64,000 nucleotides of DNA from a virus, in IMG/VR virus record IMGVR_UViG_3300005663_000028, positions 64,001 to 128,000 of that record. One strand, given 5' to 3'. The position numbers and the translations under genes were made by a program. This document shows, in pieces, positions 46,484-55,763 of the stretch. How positions within the stretch are numbered: position 1 is the stretch's first letter; the number at the start of each line of letters is the position of its first letter. Under the pieces are notes generated by a model. It worked only from the letters and a program-made list of their open reading frames with translations, ran no database searches and was not told the origin of the DNA.

Positions 46484-46817
46484 AATCATCCTCCAACCTC
46501 ACAACATCATCTAGTTCTGTTGTAGAACATTCAAGATAGACGGCAGGATGATCAGGGAAACTAAATGTGAGCCCACCTTTCATGCGATGATTGACTCCTG
46601 GAAGAATAGTTATATGATCTCCCTTGGTTAGCGTAAGTATTTCATGATCAAAATAGATCAATAGCACACCACTCAACACATATATCGTCTCGGTCTTATG
46701 TTTATGGTATTGCTTGCTACAGCGTTTACCTGGATTCATACACAATCTCTTGACAACGTACTTATCTCCAACAAAAAGTATCTCTTCTTTCCCCCATGGC
46801 TTTTCTATCGTTTTCAT
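46470..46817 (-). CDS. Cupin, mannose-6-phosphate isomerase type II C-terminal-like
   Basis: EKPWG.E...S.QYH.HK.ET.YVLSG...I.PG..HR; start placed at ATG 46817. Confidence 0.85.
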   Translation of the reverse strand: MKTIEKPWGKEEILFVGDKYVVKRLCMNPGKRCSKQYHKHKTETIYVLSGVLLIYFDHEILTLTKGDHITILPGVNHRMKGGLTFSFPDHPAVYLECSTTELDDVVRLEDDYGRE

Positions 46818-46818
46818 T

Positions 46819-47811
46819 TCAACACCCCAAAGATTCCAAGTAATGATCAATCACTCTCGTTATCTCACAAAGAATACCTTCTCTCACATCGCATTCTTCT
46901 GCAAGTTCACTTATCAATCGTTCATATAAAGGTTCATGGTAATGATAATGACCGGCTACCAAGGCACATAAGTATTGACCTTCCCAACTGTCAATCCATT
47001 TTTTCCAATTGTCATGATGAACTACACGACACACGAATCCCCTAGTGTCTATACCATAAATAAGAGCTTGAGACAAAACATAGTTTGTTTGTACGACACC
47101 CAACTGTGGTGCGATATTAACTGCATCTACTATTCCACGACGCCGCACTATCTGTTCTCTGGTTAAATAGTCGGCATTGTGCTCTTTCAGTTTTGTACCA
47201 CAACTTTTGAGAATTTCGTGCATCTTGCCTACGCTGTCTGTATTAAATGCACCAGTATTACGTGTTTCACGAACCAAACTCCCAGTCTGCACGACGTAAA
47301 AGACAGGGTTGGCCACTTGCTGGCACGCCTGTACGTCTTCTCTGATCTTGTTTACATCTAATTCTGCTATACCAACATTGTCGTCGGTACCTATTTCAAA
47401 CATAACGTCAGACCTAATATTCTTGGCAAATTTCATAAGTTCAACAGTTCGGTTAATTTTTTCTTGATGAGACATTTTAGCATGACACAGATCAATATGA
47501 ATTAGATCAAATCCGTTTTCTAGATCACACCTAATTGTATCCCTAACGGATTGTATCGTATCATCTTTTGGTCCGAATCCGGGTCCACAGTGATCGCGAC
47601 AAATGGTTACGTTAGATTTCGGGTACTTTCTTTCTATCTCGGCAATATAGTTCATATACTGTTGTGTGGTGAATACATATCCGCTATTTTTATCTACTTG
47701 ATTTCTAGAGCATATCAGCATCAATGGCTTACACCGAGTTTGTGAGCAATAGAAAACTGCCTCAATGATTTCCTTACTCATGGGTCCGCAGGCTAGCTTA
47801 GATATCGACAT
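46819..47811 (-). CDS. GatZ/KbaZ-like TIM-barrel (tagatose-bisphosphate aldolase non-catalytic subunit / hexose-6-P epimerase family)
   Basis: GPMS...LICSRNQVD...GY...CRDHCGP...GFDLIHID...EIGT...KEHNADY...NIAPQLG. Confidence 0.8.
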   Translation of the reverse strand: MSISKLACGPMSKEIIEAVFYCSQTRCKPLMLICSRNQVDKNSGYVFTTQQYMNYIAEIERKYPKSNVTICRDHCGPGFGPKDDTIQSVRDTIRCDLENGFDLIHIDLCHAKMSHQEKINRTVELMKFAKNIRSDVMFEIGTDDNVGIAELDVNKIREDVQACQQVANPVFYVVQTGSLVRETRNTGAFNTDSVGKMHEILKSCGTKLKEHNADYLTREQIVRRRGIVDAVNIAPQLGVVQTNYVLSQALIYGIDTRGFVCRVVHHDNWKKWIDSWEGQYLCALVAGHYHYHEPLYERLISELAEECDVREGILCEITRVIDHYLESLGC

Positions 47812-48212
47812 TTTAGAAATTCATCCCCTTCCATTCCTTTGTTTCTTTCTAAATTAACACAAAGTGCCGTGTCAACACCTTTTCTTTCTGGTTTAACGTC
47901 GTTTATAACCATTCTCGGTCCTCGTGGCAAATCCATGATTAAATGATTCCACCACAATCCTGCCTTGCGCATCTGATCTTCTGTTGTCTTACGCATGCTT
48001 CCTGGCCTTCCAGTGGTTATGACAAGGGTATATCCTTTATGGCCCCATTGTTTGAACGCCTCTTTTACTCCGGGCAGCAATTCGCACGAATTAGACATAA
48101 TTGCACCTATGTCACCTTGATGCTTAAACACACAACCGTCTAAATCACAGAAAATTGTTTTAATATGTATCGCGTGATCAATCTGTGTCACTTTAATCCT
48201 CCCCGTCACCAT
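47793..48212 (-). CDS. HAD-family phosphatase
   Basis: IFCDLDG...LLPGV...ITTGRP...VINDVKP. Confidence 0.85.
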   Translation of the reverse strand: MVTGRIKVTQIDHAIHIKTIFCDLDGCVFKHQGDIGAIMSNSCELLPGVKEAFKQWGHKGYTLVITTGRPGSMRKTTEDQMRKAGLWWNHLIMDLPRGPRMVINDVKPERKGVDTALCVNLERNKGMEGDEFLKCRYLS

Positions 48213-50511
48213 CCGGATTATTAACCAGATTCATAGCCATCCACATCTTGTCTAGCGCGACGACCCCGAGGAAATCAAATTTAACAGCACCCATCTTCTC
48301 TGCATCTGCCATTTCCAAACCAACAACACGATCCTGGGTTTTCGCATCATAAACTAACGGAACCAGTTCTTCGATTGGTCTATCCGCAATAACTACACCT
48401 GCTGCGTGTCTAGATTGTGATTTTTTAGTACCTTCAATTCTCATAGCTTGGTCAAAAAGAGGCTTATACCATTCATAAGCTTCCTTAACGTATTCAACAT
48501 TGTGAACGGCCCATTGCAAGATACCATAATCATCACCGAACTCTTTGCGGGCTTCTTTTAATTCATCGGCAATTGACGCATCATCTGGCATATGTTTAGT
48601 AATGTCATTACATAGGTCGTGTGGAGATATGCTAATGTCTTTTTCATCGTTACCCTCTTTTACAGCCCTTACCTTCATCAAATGCTTAACCGTATCCGGA
48701 TTCGCACGGAATACTTCTTTTAGGGCGGCTTTTCCCTGAAGTCGTCCAAAGGTGATCATCTGAGCAACATATTCGTCACCCCATCGCCCTTTAAGGTATT
48801 CAATAACCCTGCCACGAAAAACAACTCCGATATCTGTATCGATGTCAGGGAGACTAATGTGACCATCGTGAGTCTTCACTTTTTTCGCAACATCCAGTTC
48901 TTCTGGCCCACATATTGTTATTCCAAGACCGTATGCTAGATGTGAATTTGACGGATTGACTGCTGGCTCAAGCTTGATCATATCGTACAAATACATCCAC
49001 ATCCTAGAATTATTCTTATCTATCCATTCAACCTCTTCCCTCATCGTGTCGGTAAACTTGACAGAATCACGATCCCTTATGTGTCTTGCTAAATGCTTCG
49101 ATACCGACTTCCTTTCTTCGTCTATATCCCTGGTGTGGAATAATTCGAAATTCTCCGACATCCAGGATACGAAGTCGGTTTGCCCGACATCGAAGTGGGG
49201 TGGAATGTTGCGACTTATATTATAAAACCGCTCAAAGTATAGTCCGTATTCGATTGGATCAATGCCAGTGATGCCCGTTAGATAGTTTACCAACGACCCA
49301 GCCCCAGAACCACGCCCCTTGCCACGGGGTCCATTATTTTTATCGATGAACTGACAAGCGTCCCAAACGATAAGAAAATAGTCTGCCAACCCAGCTTCCC
49401 TGACAACAATTAATTCTCTTTGCAGTCTTTCCCAGTATATCTTTTTCTGTGCAGGGTCCAGGTGAGTCAATTTAACCCCAGCGCCTTGAATACAAAGATG
49501 TTTGAGATATTCATTTGAGTCGAGTCCCAACTTTTCTGATTCATCATTTGTAAAAACTGGTAGATATGGACTATGCCCCATTGGGGAGTACTCTATTTGA
49601 GCGGCAATGTCTAGTGTGGTTTGCAGTTCTTTCTCTGTAAAGTGTTCTCTCATTTCTGCATAAGACGGAATATAGTAGTTGTCAGAGAGAAAGAAGTCCA
49701 TGACATCTTGACCTGTAGATATTTTGTAATCCTGAGCTTCTTTTGTCGTATGTAAAAATGCATAAAGCAAAAGTCTCTGGTCCTCAGCATCTTCTTTTCT
49801 ACAATAATGAGCATCAATAGATGCAACTGTCGGTACTCCAGTTTCTTCACTAAGCTCTCTTAAGCAGTCTAACACAACTGCTTGGATTCCCATGCCGGAA
49901 TTCTGAAGTTCAAGAAAATAGTTGCCTTTTCCAAAAACAGCGATATGTTTATGGATAATTGCTTTACCAACTTCTTTCCAATTGGGTTTTAGGTGTTGTC
50001 TAGACCCAGCAGCGTTTCCGTTTCTACCAGCCATGATCGCTTCTTTGAAGTCTGTGAACAATGCCATAGGCAATGCCCCGGCGATGCACGCTGATAGGAA
50101 TATCAGATTACCTCGTTTTGCAAATGGGGCTATCCCAGCTAAATCAATGCGCGGCTTGCGATAGAAATGATGGGGCTGATTAGATTCACTAACTAAACCC
50201 ATTAGGTCTTCGATTCCCCGGTCGTTCTTTGCCAGAACTATTAAGTGGTTCCGTTTGTTGTTGTCGTTGTTTTTGATTGTTGGGTCTTGTTCACAAACGT
50301 ACATTTCGATGCCTAAAATGGGTTGGATTTTCTGTTTTTTGCATTCGTCATAGAATGTTTTCATGCCTCCAATTCCACCATGGTCGGTAATCGATGCTGC
50401 TGGTAAACCTAGTTCTACACAACGATTCACAATGTCCTTGGGAGAACTGAGTCCATCCAGAAGGCTAAAAAACGAATGGATATGGAGTGGCGCATATGTT
50501 TTCTTTGACAT
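48193..50511 (-). CDS. dnaE: DNA polymerase III alpha subunit, N-terminal half (PHP + palm/thumb; split gene)
   Basis: LH.HS.FSLLDG...ITDHG PHP domain; GRGSGAGSL.NY..GIT.IDP..YGL.FERF; catalytic PDIDTD; S.HAAGVVI; KFDFLG. Confidence 0.95.
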   Translation of the reverse strand: MSKKTYAPLHIHSFFSLLDGLSSPKDIVNRCVELGLPAASITDHGGIGGMKTFYDECKKQKIQPILGIEMYVCEQDPTIKNNDNNKRNHLIVLAKNDRGIEDLMGLVSESNQPHHFYRKPRIDLAGIAPFAKRGNLIFLSACIAGALPMALFTDFKEAIMAGRNGNAAGSRQHLKPNWKEVGKAIIHKHIAVFGKGNYFLELQNSGMGIQAVVLDCLRELSEETGVPTVASIDAHYCRKEDAEDQRLLLYAFLHTTKEAQDYKISTGQDVMDFFLSDNYYIPSYAEMREHFTEKELQTTLDIAAQIEYSPMGHSPYLPVFTNDESEKLGLDSNEYLKHLCIQGAGVKLTHLDPAQKKIYWERLQRELIVVREAGLADYFLIVWDACQFIDKNNGPRGKGRGSGAGSLVNYLTGITGIDPIEYGLYFERFYNISRNIPPHFDVGQTDFVSWMSENFELFHTRDIDEERKSVSKHLARHIRDRDSVKFTDTMREEVEWIDKNNSRMWMYLYDMIKLEPAVNPSNSHLAYGLGITICGPEELDVAKKVKTHDGHISLPDIDTDIGVVFRGRVIEYLKGRWGDEYVAQMITFGRLQGKAALKEVFRANPDTVKHLMKVRAVKEGNDEKDISISPHDLCNDITKHMPDDASIADELKEARKEFGDDYGILQWAVHNVEYVKEAYEWYKPLFDQAMRIEGTKKSQSRHAAGVVIADRPIEELVPLVYDAKTQDRVVGLEMADAEKMGAVKFDFLGVVALDKMWMAMNLVNNPDGDGED

Positions 50512-50512
50512 C

Positions 50513-51460
50513 TTATTTCTCCTCAGGTTTTCCTATTGCAAGCTGACCTTCATAAGTCAAATTAGTGTAACGATCTTCTATGTATTCACTTCCCATTGTG
50601 TTTAAGTCCGACCAAACCCTATTGCAAATGCCGTTGTTGTTGAATGAACACATCTTGCAAGTCCAATGTCTATTTCTCAAAAGCAATGTGTCCTGCTTTA
50701 CCGTTGTGAAAAATCTATGTAATACCGCTACAGTCCTAGCCAAATCATCTTGAGAAAATGCTACTGTTACTGGCCCACCGTCGTTTGCATAGTAGAATGT
50801 AACGATTATGTTTTTGTATTGAGGATACAGAAAATACGCCGCCAAGTGATATAGTCGAGGCTGCACTTCTTTTGTAAGAACTTCTTCATCTATGTCTTCT
50901 TGTGTGTGAAAGTTTTTTCGATTACCAGTTTTCCAGTCCACAATTTCAATCGTTTCTTTGTCGATTTCTTTAACTAGGTCAATAAAGCCTCTCGCAGCAA
51001 ACTGATGTTTATTTCCATCTTTGTCAGTACATTCCCATTCTTCTCCTGGCATCTCCATTGCAAACCATTGTTCGATACCTATTGATTCGTTATCATATGG
51101 ATTGTAGTGTTTATCAGCTAATATTGTTTCTAAGGCAACCCTACACTTTTTGTGGTCAGCGGCTTCCTTAAGGTCTCCAGTTTCTTTATCTATACGAGTA
51201 GTCACCCGTCTAATCGCAATTTCAGGAGATTCTGCTGTCAACTCATCCCAGGCCCGATCCAACAACCACATTGGGTCAACATTAGTCTTGCCTCGCCTTT
51301 TCAGTTGACACATCCACTCAAGGGTTTTATGAACAATGCTTCCTTGCAGAGCCGCCAACCCAGTTTTAGTTTCCATCCCCAATATATAATGAAGAAAATA
51401 AGCAAATGAACAATGATAGTACATCCCAATTGCGCTGGCGCTGCATTTTGTTATTTTCAC
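50513..51460 (-). CDS. Cas4-like PD-(D/E)XK exonuclease with 4-Cys cluster
   Basis: YHCSF...G..VH..LE...GFIDL...IVDWKTG...Q..LY...CKMCSF....C. Confidence 0.88.
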   Translation of the reverse strand: MKITKCSASAIGMYYHCSFAYFLHYILGMETKTGLAALQGSIVHKTLEWMCQLKRRGKTNVDPMWLLDRAWDELTAESPEIAIRRVTTRIDKETGDLKEAADHKKCRVALETILADKHYNPYDNESIGIEQWFAMEMPGEEWECTDKDGNKHQFAARGFIDLVKEIDKETIEIVDWKTGNRKNFHTQEDIDEEVLTKEVQPRLYHLAAYFLYPQYKNIIVTFYYANDGGPVTVAFSQDDLARTVAVLHRFFTTVKQDTLLLRNRHWTCKMCSFNNNGICNRVWSDLNTMGSEYIEDRYTNLTYEGQLAIGKPEEK

Positions 51461-51894
51461 GATTTGTCTTCTTTGTCCTGCTCTGTGTATCGAGCGGGTC
51501 CATCCTGAAACAAGTGCTGGAGATGAATTACTTTATTCTCCATGTCATTTAGTAAGGCTGCCATCTCACATTTTGGTGGACGATCGTCATTTAATTTCTT
51601 ACATTCTATCGCATCAATAAGTACTCCGATACATGCTAAAGCACTTGCCAGATGAGGAACTTCGGTTTTTTGATCAGCCCATTCCCCATTAAACCACTTA
51701 TCTAGATGACGATTTACTGCTGCAAAATAAACAGAAGCCTTAACACCAGAGACTCTGTAGTTATAGCCCCCATACTTCAGATCACCTTCAGTCATAGCTA
51801 GAGCACCATACGCCCTTGCTGTAGTAGGAAATAGGCTCAAATCTAGTCTAGCTGTTGCCATTCTATCTTTAGGATTTGTATCTTTTTTCTTCAT
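51457..51894 (-). CDS. dATP/dGTP diphosphohydrolase-like protein (DUF5664)
   Basis: RLDLSL.P.......A.AM.EG..KYG.YN.R......S.Y..A..RHL..W..GE..D......HLA.A.A...L.D. Confidence 0.82.
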   Translation of the reverse strand: MKKKDTNPKDRMATARLDLSLFPTTARAYGALAMTEGDLKYGGYNYRVSGVKASVYFAAVNRHLDKWFNGEWADQKTEVPHLASALACIGVLIDAIECKKLNDDRPPKCEMAALLNDMENKVIHLQHLFQDGPARYTEQDKEDKS

Positions 51895-53054
51895 TAAACC
51901 TTTTCCTCCACCAAATAACCATCAGAAAACAACTCTGCCCGAGAAGCCTTCTGTATGATAGGATTAATTTTCTTTACAATATCATCTGCAAACATCTCGC
52001 CAATATCTTTTCCAGTCTCAGGTGTTACGCAAAATACTCGAAAGTAATGAATCAAATCTTGTTCTAACTTCTTCATAGCTTTGAGACCGGCTTCGTCATT
52101 ATCAAGCATACACACAATGGTTAACGCCCCTGCGTTCTGTAGCATCAACCGCTGCTGACGAGACATGCTAACCCCTAGTAGTGCTACGCTATTTCTAATC
52201 CCTGCCGCCTCACATGCCCAAACATCTCCAGGGCCTTCAACCAAAACAGCATAGCCCGTTTTGTTAATAAATGGTTTCGCATACCAAATATTGTAAAGAC
52301 TCAATTCCCCACGGAAGTCTTTGGAATGCTTCCATTTCGTGTACACTCCACCGTACTGCTTATCTGGACACGATTGTCGTTCAGGATGGTGATGCATTCC
52401 ACACTTAGAGCATTTGTCATAAATACTACGACCGGACCATCCAATCACATTTCTCCCTGTCACATCCAGAATAGGGAAAAACGCTCTTTTGTACATAGGT
52501 TTACCCTTAACGTTGCAGAATGAAATATAGTATCTAGCAATAATCTCCGGAGAAACACCTCGGTTAGGATAATAAACCTGATCTGATTGTAGCTGAGAAA
52601 CTATATCTCTCAGTGGTGTCCCCTTCCTATTGATAGTCGCTTGTTTTTTCTTATGCTGCTTGACAAATTTAGCTATCTCAATATCCTGAGCCGTACTTGC
52701 ATCAACACTACACTTATCCAACCCCAATGCCTGAGACACGAATCTGACCGCTTGCTGAAACCCCCATACTTTTTCTGTCTTGCTGCTCATCGCCCCACGG
52801 ACCAACCCAAACACGCTTGTCGATGGACCAGTTATCGGTTCAAGATGACAACCCCTGGTTTTACACTGCCAATGATTAGATCGAATAGCCCAAAACATAC
52901 CTCTTTGATTATCTCCCTCATGAACAGGACAGGCACATTGAAGATAATCGTGACGTTCAACAAATTCTAATCCTAGCGCATCGAACACCTCTGCTATGCG
53001 GTCATTAGCTCGATCTTGGATAAATGCCACTTTGTCACTGCTAATGTGTTTCAT
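51894..53054 (-). CDS. dnaG: DNA primase (zinc-binding + TOPRIM)
   Basis: CACPVH...W.C...GC; LYN...A...LVEG.GDV...G..N.VA.LG...LDNDEAG. Confidence 0.9.
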   Translation of the reverse strand: MKHISSDKVAFIQDRANDRIAEVFDALGLEFVERHDYLQCACPVHEGDNQRGMFWAIRSNHWQCKTRGCHLEPITGPSTSVFGLVRGAMSSKTEKVWGFQQAVRFVSQALGLDKCSVDASTAQDIEIAKFVKQHKKKQATINRKGTPLRDIVSQLQSDQVYYPNRGVSPEIIARYYISFCNVKGKPMYKRAFFPILDVTGRNVIGWSGRSIYDKCSKCGMHHHPERQSCPDKQYGGVYTKWKHSKDFRGELSLYNIWYAKPFINKTGYAVLVEGPGDVWACEAAGIRNSVALLGVSMSRQQRLMLQNAGALTIVCMLDNDEAGLKAMKKLEQDLIHYFRVFCVTPETGKDIGEMFADDIVKKINPIIQKASRAELFSDGYLVEEKV

Positions 53055-54483
53055 GAGCCTCGTTATCCGGCACAGATTGCGCAACTTGTGAAAACTGCTT
53101 ACCTTCTATAAACGCCCCTACTGATAACCTGCTTAAGATATTGATATAATTACCGCTTTCCATTCCCGGTCCGTTTCTAGTGTCTGTTACTACCAATTTT
53201 TTAGTTCCATTTACTGGGGGGTCTTCGTTCAATTCTGTTGGTGTTTTATCTTTTAGGATGGTAAAGTTAGAGCATAGCCATCCAATTCTATCTGACCCAG
53301 AAATTACATGAGCACCTTCTTTTTCAACACCATCTCGGTTTAATTGAACAGTAGCAAGAATGGGTAATCCAAATTTAACGGCAAAGTTATGCAACGCAGT
53401 AATGAGAAACCCGAGTAATTGATGTTCTTGTAGATTATTTTTAAACCCACCATCATCCATCAGTTTCAAATAGTCGTAAATAATTAAACATGGCTTAGTT
53501 GCCCCACTATCAGTAAATCCAACAGTTTTAGATAACCATCGTCTTGCAATCGACATAATTGCTTGCGGAGATAAGCCTGCTACGGAAAAATGATCAATGG
53601 GAAGTTGTTCAATCTTTTTCTGACAACCCCAGAGAGCTTCTGACTCATGTTCATTACTTTCGAATTGACCAGTTTCAACATGATTCAATTCCACGCCAGA
53701 TACCAAAGAAGTTAACCTATACAATTGCATATCACTGGTAAGTTCTGTATCTAAATACAGTACCGGTATTCCGTTCCCTGCTACGTTACGAGCTATATTT
53801 ATACAGAGAAAACTTTTTCCTTGCTTCTGACGAGCCCCAATAACATTAACCGTAGCGGGACGAAAACCTCCTCCAATCATAGCATCCCATATAGGAAATC
53901 CCGTTGGTATACCTACAATGTCCTGTGGATTTTCTGATAAAGCATCCATGGTGCTCTTGAACTTATCTCCTAAAGTTACAACCCCAACACCCTGGCTCGT
54001 TATTTGACCAGTAAACTCAAACACCGGCTCTTCAATTAAGCTGATGATTTCATCAACACCTTCTACTCCAGTAACCTTTTTAAGACTGGATTGTATCGTT
54101 GCTGCTATCATATACGCACGACGAGCTAAGGATAGTTTATATACCGCAGCTACTAATGACCGAACATTATCTTGAGACGACCCTGTTTCACCAATAATAT
54201 CCTCAAGATATTCTGAGTATTTTCCTCCCGTAATGAAATTGCTGTACCCAAGAATTTTTGCCACTGCCTGTATACTCGGAATATCGAATGTTTTAGTATC
54301 TTCGTTATGAACCAGATGGGAGATGATTTTGAAAAGTTTTTGGTTGTGGGTCCAATAGAAGTCTCTTACACTAATAATCTCTTCAACTTCAAAGAAACAA
54401 TCTGCTCCGTACGTAGTTATTCCGGCAAGGATAGCTCGTTCCATACCAGAGTCTTGAAGAATAGCGTTGGTCTTGTTACCCAT
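53041..54483 (-). CDS. dnaB: Replicative DNA helicase
   Basis: GIPTGF..WD...GG...VIGARQKQGKS...LDTE...IIYDYLKL...QLNR...GSDRI. Confidence 0.92.
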   Translation of the reverse strand: MGNKTNAILQDSGMERAILAGITTYGADCFFEVEEIISVRDFYWTHNQKLFKIISHLVHNEDTKTFDIPSIQAVAKILGYSNFITGGKYSEYLEDIIGETGSSQDNVRSLVAAVYKLSLARRAYMIAATIQSSLKKVTGVEGVDEIISLIEEPVFEFTGQITSQGVGVVTLGDKFKSTMDALSENPQDIVGIPTGFPIWDAMIGGGFRPATVNVIGARQKQGKSFLCINIARNVAGNGIPVLYLDTELTSDMQLYRLTSLVSGVELNHVETGQFESNEHESEALWGCQKKIEQLPIDHFSVAGLSPQAIMSIARRWLSKTVGFTDSGATKPCLIIYDYLKLMDDGGFKNNLQEHQLLGFLITALHNFAVKFGLPILATVQLNRDGVEKEGAHVISGSDRIGWLCSNFTILKDKTPTELNEDPPVNGTKKLVVTDTRNGPGMESGNYINILSRLSVGAFIEGKQFSQVAQSVPDNEAHETH

Positions 54484-54997
54484 TAAGTCTACCCTTAGTT
54501 CCTTTGAGACATTTTGGACACTTTTGTCCTATCTCTCCGTTGGGCCTATCAGAATTAAAAAATTCAGTACATTCGCTGCACGTTGCTTTGTAAATTGTCG
54601 CAGGTGGTCTTTTTACCCTTGTTTTGTTATTCCTTGTTTTCATCGCCTTTTGTTTATTTTTTTCTATTTCTTCAGGATCAGGGGAGTTGGTAATAAAGTG
54701 AGTATTATCATCTGTTAAGATAGAATCGTCTTCTACCTCCTTGGTTTTTTTCTTCTTTTTCCCACTTCCCTTTGGGCGTCCAGACTTTTTCTTTTCTGGA
54801 TTTGTGGTTTTCCGTATTGAGGTATTGGATACTATAGCACCAATGTTAGCCAATGCTTCTTCTGCCGAAAAAGTCCCAATAAATTCCTCTATTTGTGGTA
54901 CCGGCAATGAAATCCCCGTTAACAATGAGTATCCCTGACAAACATCTTCCCAACTACCTTTTGTAATACCTTGTTTTATATAATCTATTGGACTCAT
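54476..54997 (-). CDS. Hypothetical protein with C-terminal zinc ribbon
   Basis: CSEC...CPKC. Confidence 0.6.
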   Translation of the reverse strand: MSPIDYIKQGITKGSWEDVCQGYSLLTGISLPVPQIEEFIGTFSAEEALANIGAIVSNTSIRKTTNPEKKKSGRPKGSGKKKKKTKEVEDDSILTDDNTHFITNSPDPEEIEKNKQKAMKTRNNKTRVKRPPATIYKATCSECTEFFNSDRPNGEIGQKCPKCLKGTKGRLNG

Positions 54998-55413
54998 CTA
55001 TTCACCCCTTCGTTATACCTAGCTCTAACTAACCCACTAATACTTTGTCCAATCATTTCAATTCTACGGGTAAGATATGCAATCCGTTCCACTCTTAACT
55101 CTGCCAACCTTACCCATTCGTTCAGTTTTGGTTTGTCGTCTCCGAATAAACGATTGACTACTTGGCCAGACCATCTGAGAAAGGTCTTACATTCATTCGT
55201 CTTCTGTTGGAGGAATAGGGCGTATTGCGATAAAATGACTGCGTCTTCGGATAATTCTGTTGACGACCTTTCTCTTAGAGACTCCCTTGTAAACCCAAGA
55301 ATATCTTCTACCTCAGTGTTGGATGGTTGATAGTAAGGAAGCCCAAGAGATTCTATCCATCGATCAAGCTCGTTCCTATAAACAGTTTTTTCATCTTGCA
55401 AGCTACTCATCAT
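54994..55413 (-). CDS. Hypothetical helical protein
   Basis: 139 aa, coupled to both neighbours. Confidence 0.6.
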   Translation of the reverse strand: MMSSLQDEKTVYRNELDRWIESLGLPYYQPSNTEVEDILGFTRESLRERSSTELSEDAVILSQYALFLQQKTNECKTFLRWSGQVVNRLFGDDKPKLNEWVRLAELRVERIAYLTRRIEMIGQSISGLVRARYNEGVNR

Positions 55414-55762
55414 AAATCTCTAAAAGTCGAAATCCGTTCAGGTTACACCAATCTCTCTTATTCTGATCCGTAGTCTGCTGTTTGTGAAACGCTCTTTTCG
55501 TTTTATGAAAATGCTTTATGTGCTCTGTGTGTTGACGTCCATGCGCCTCTACCACCAAGTCTAATGATGGTATGAAAAAATCTAAAATAAAACCTTCCCC
55601 TGGAACTATAACCTCCTCAAAAATAACATCATGAGGGTATTGTTGGACTAGTTGCTGTCCTATTTCGTACTGAAATTGTGACTTAGATTTACCTCTAGTT
55701 CGAAGTCTTTTATTACTCAAGCGAAGATTGGTAGTTCCACCACTAAGTAGTTTAACTTCCAT
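55403..55762 (-). CDS. DUF559/Vsr-like PD-(D/E)XK endonuclease
   Basis: ILDFFIP.LDLVVEAHGRQH...D..K..WC..NG..LLEI. Confidence 0.8.
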   Translation of the reverse strand: MEVKLLSGGTTNLRLSNKRLRTRGKSKSQFQYEIGQQLVQQYPHDVIFEEVIVPGEGFILDFFIPSLDLVVEAHGRQHTEHIKHFHKTKRAFHKQQTTDQNKRDWCNLNGFRLLEIYDE

Positions 55763-55763
55763 G

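Noticed and set aside
38576-48212. Host chromosomal capsule locus (i.e. a prophage boundary or host DNA)
   Set aside because: Flanked on both sides by phage-type dnaE halves, overlapping the dnaE-N stop, co-oriented, and lacking wzx/wzy/kps export genes. A chimeric assembly cannot be fully excluded without reads.
36658-50511. Split intein (cyanobacterial DnaE-type) joining the two dnaE halves
   Set aside because: The N-half has no terminal IntN (no CL(S/A)-type block after the extein), the C-half has no His-Asn/Cys junction, and the FNKSH site used by cyanobacterial inteins is uninterrupted.
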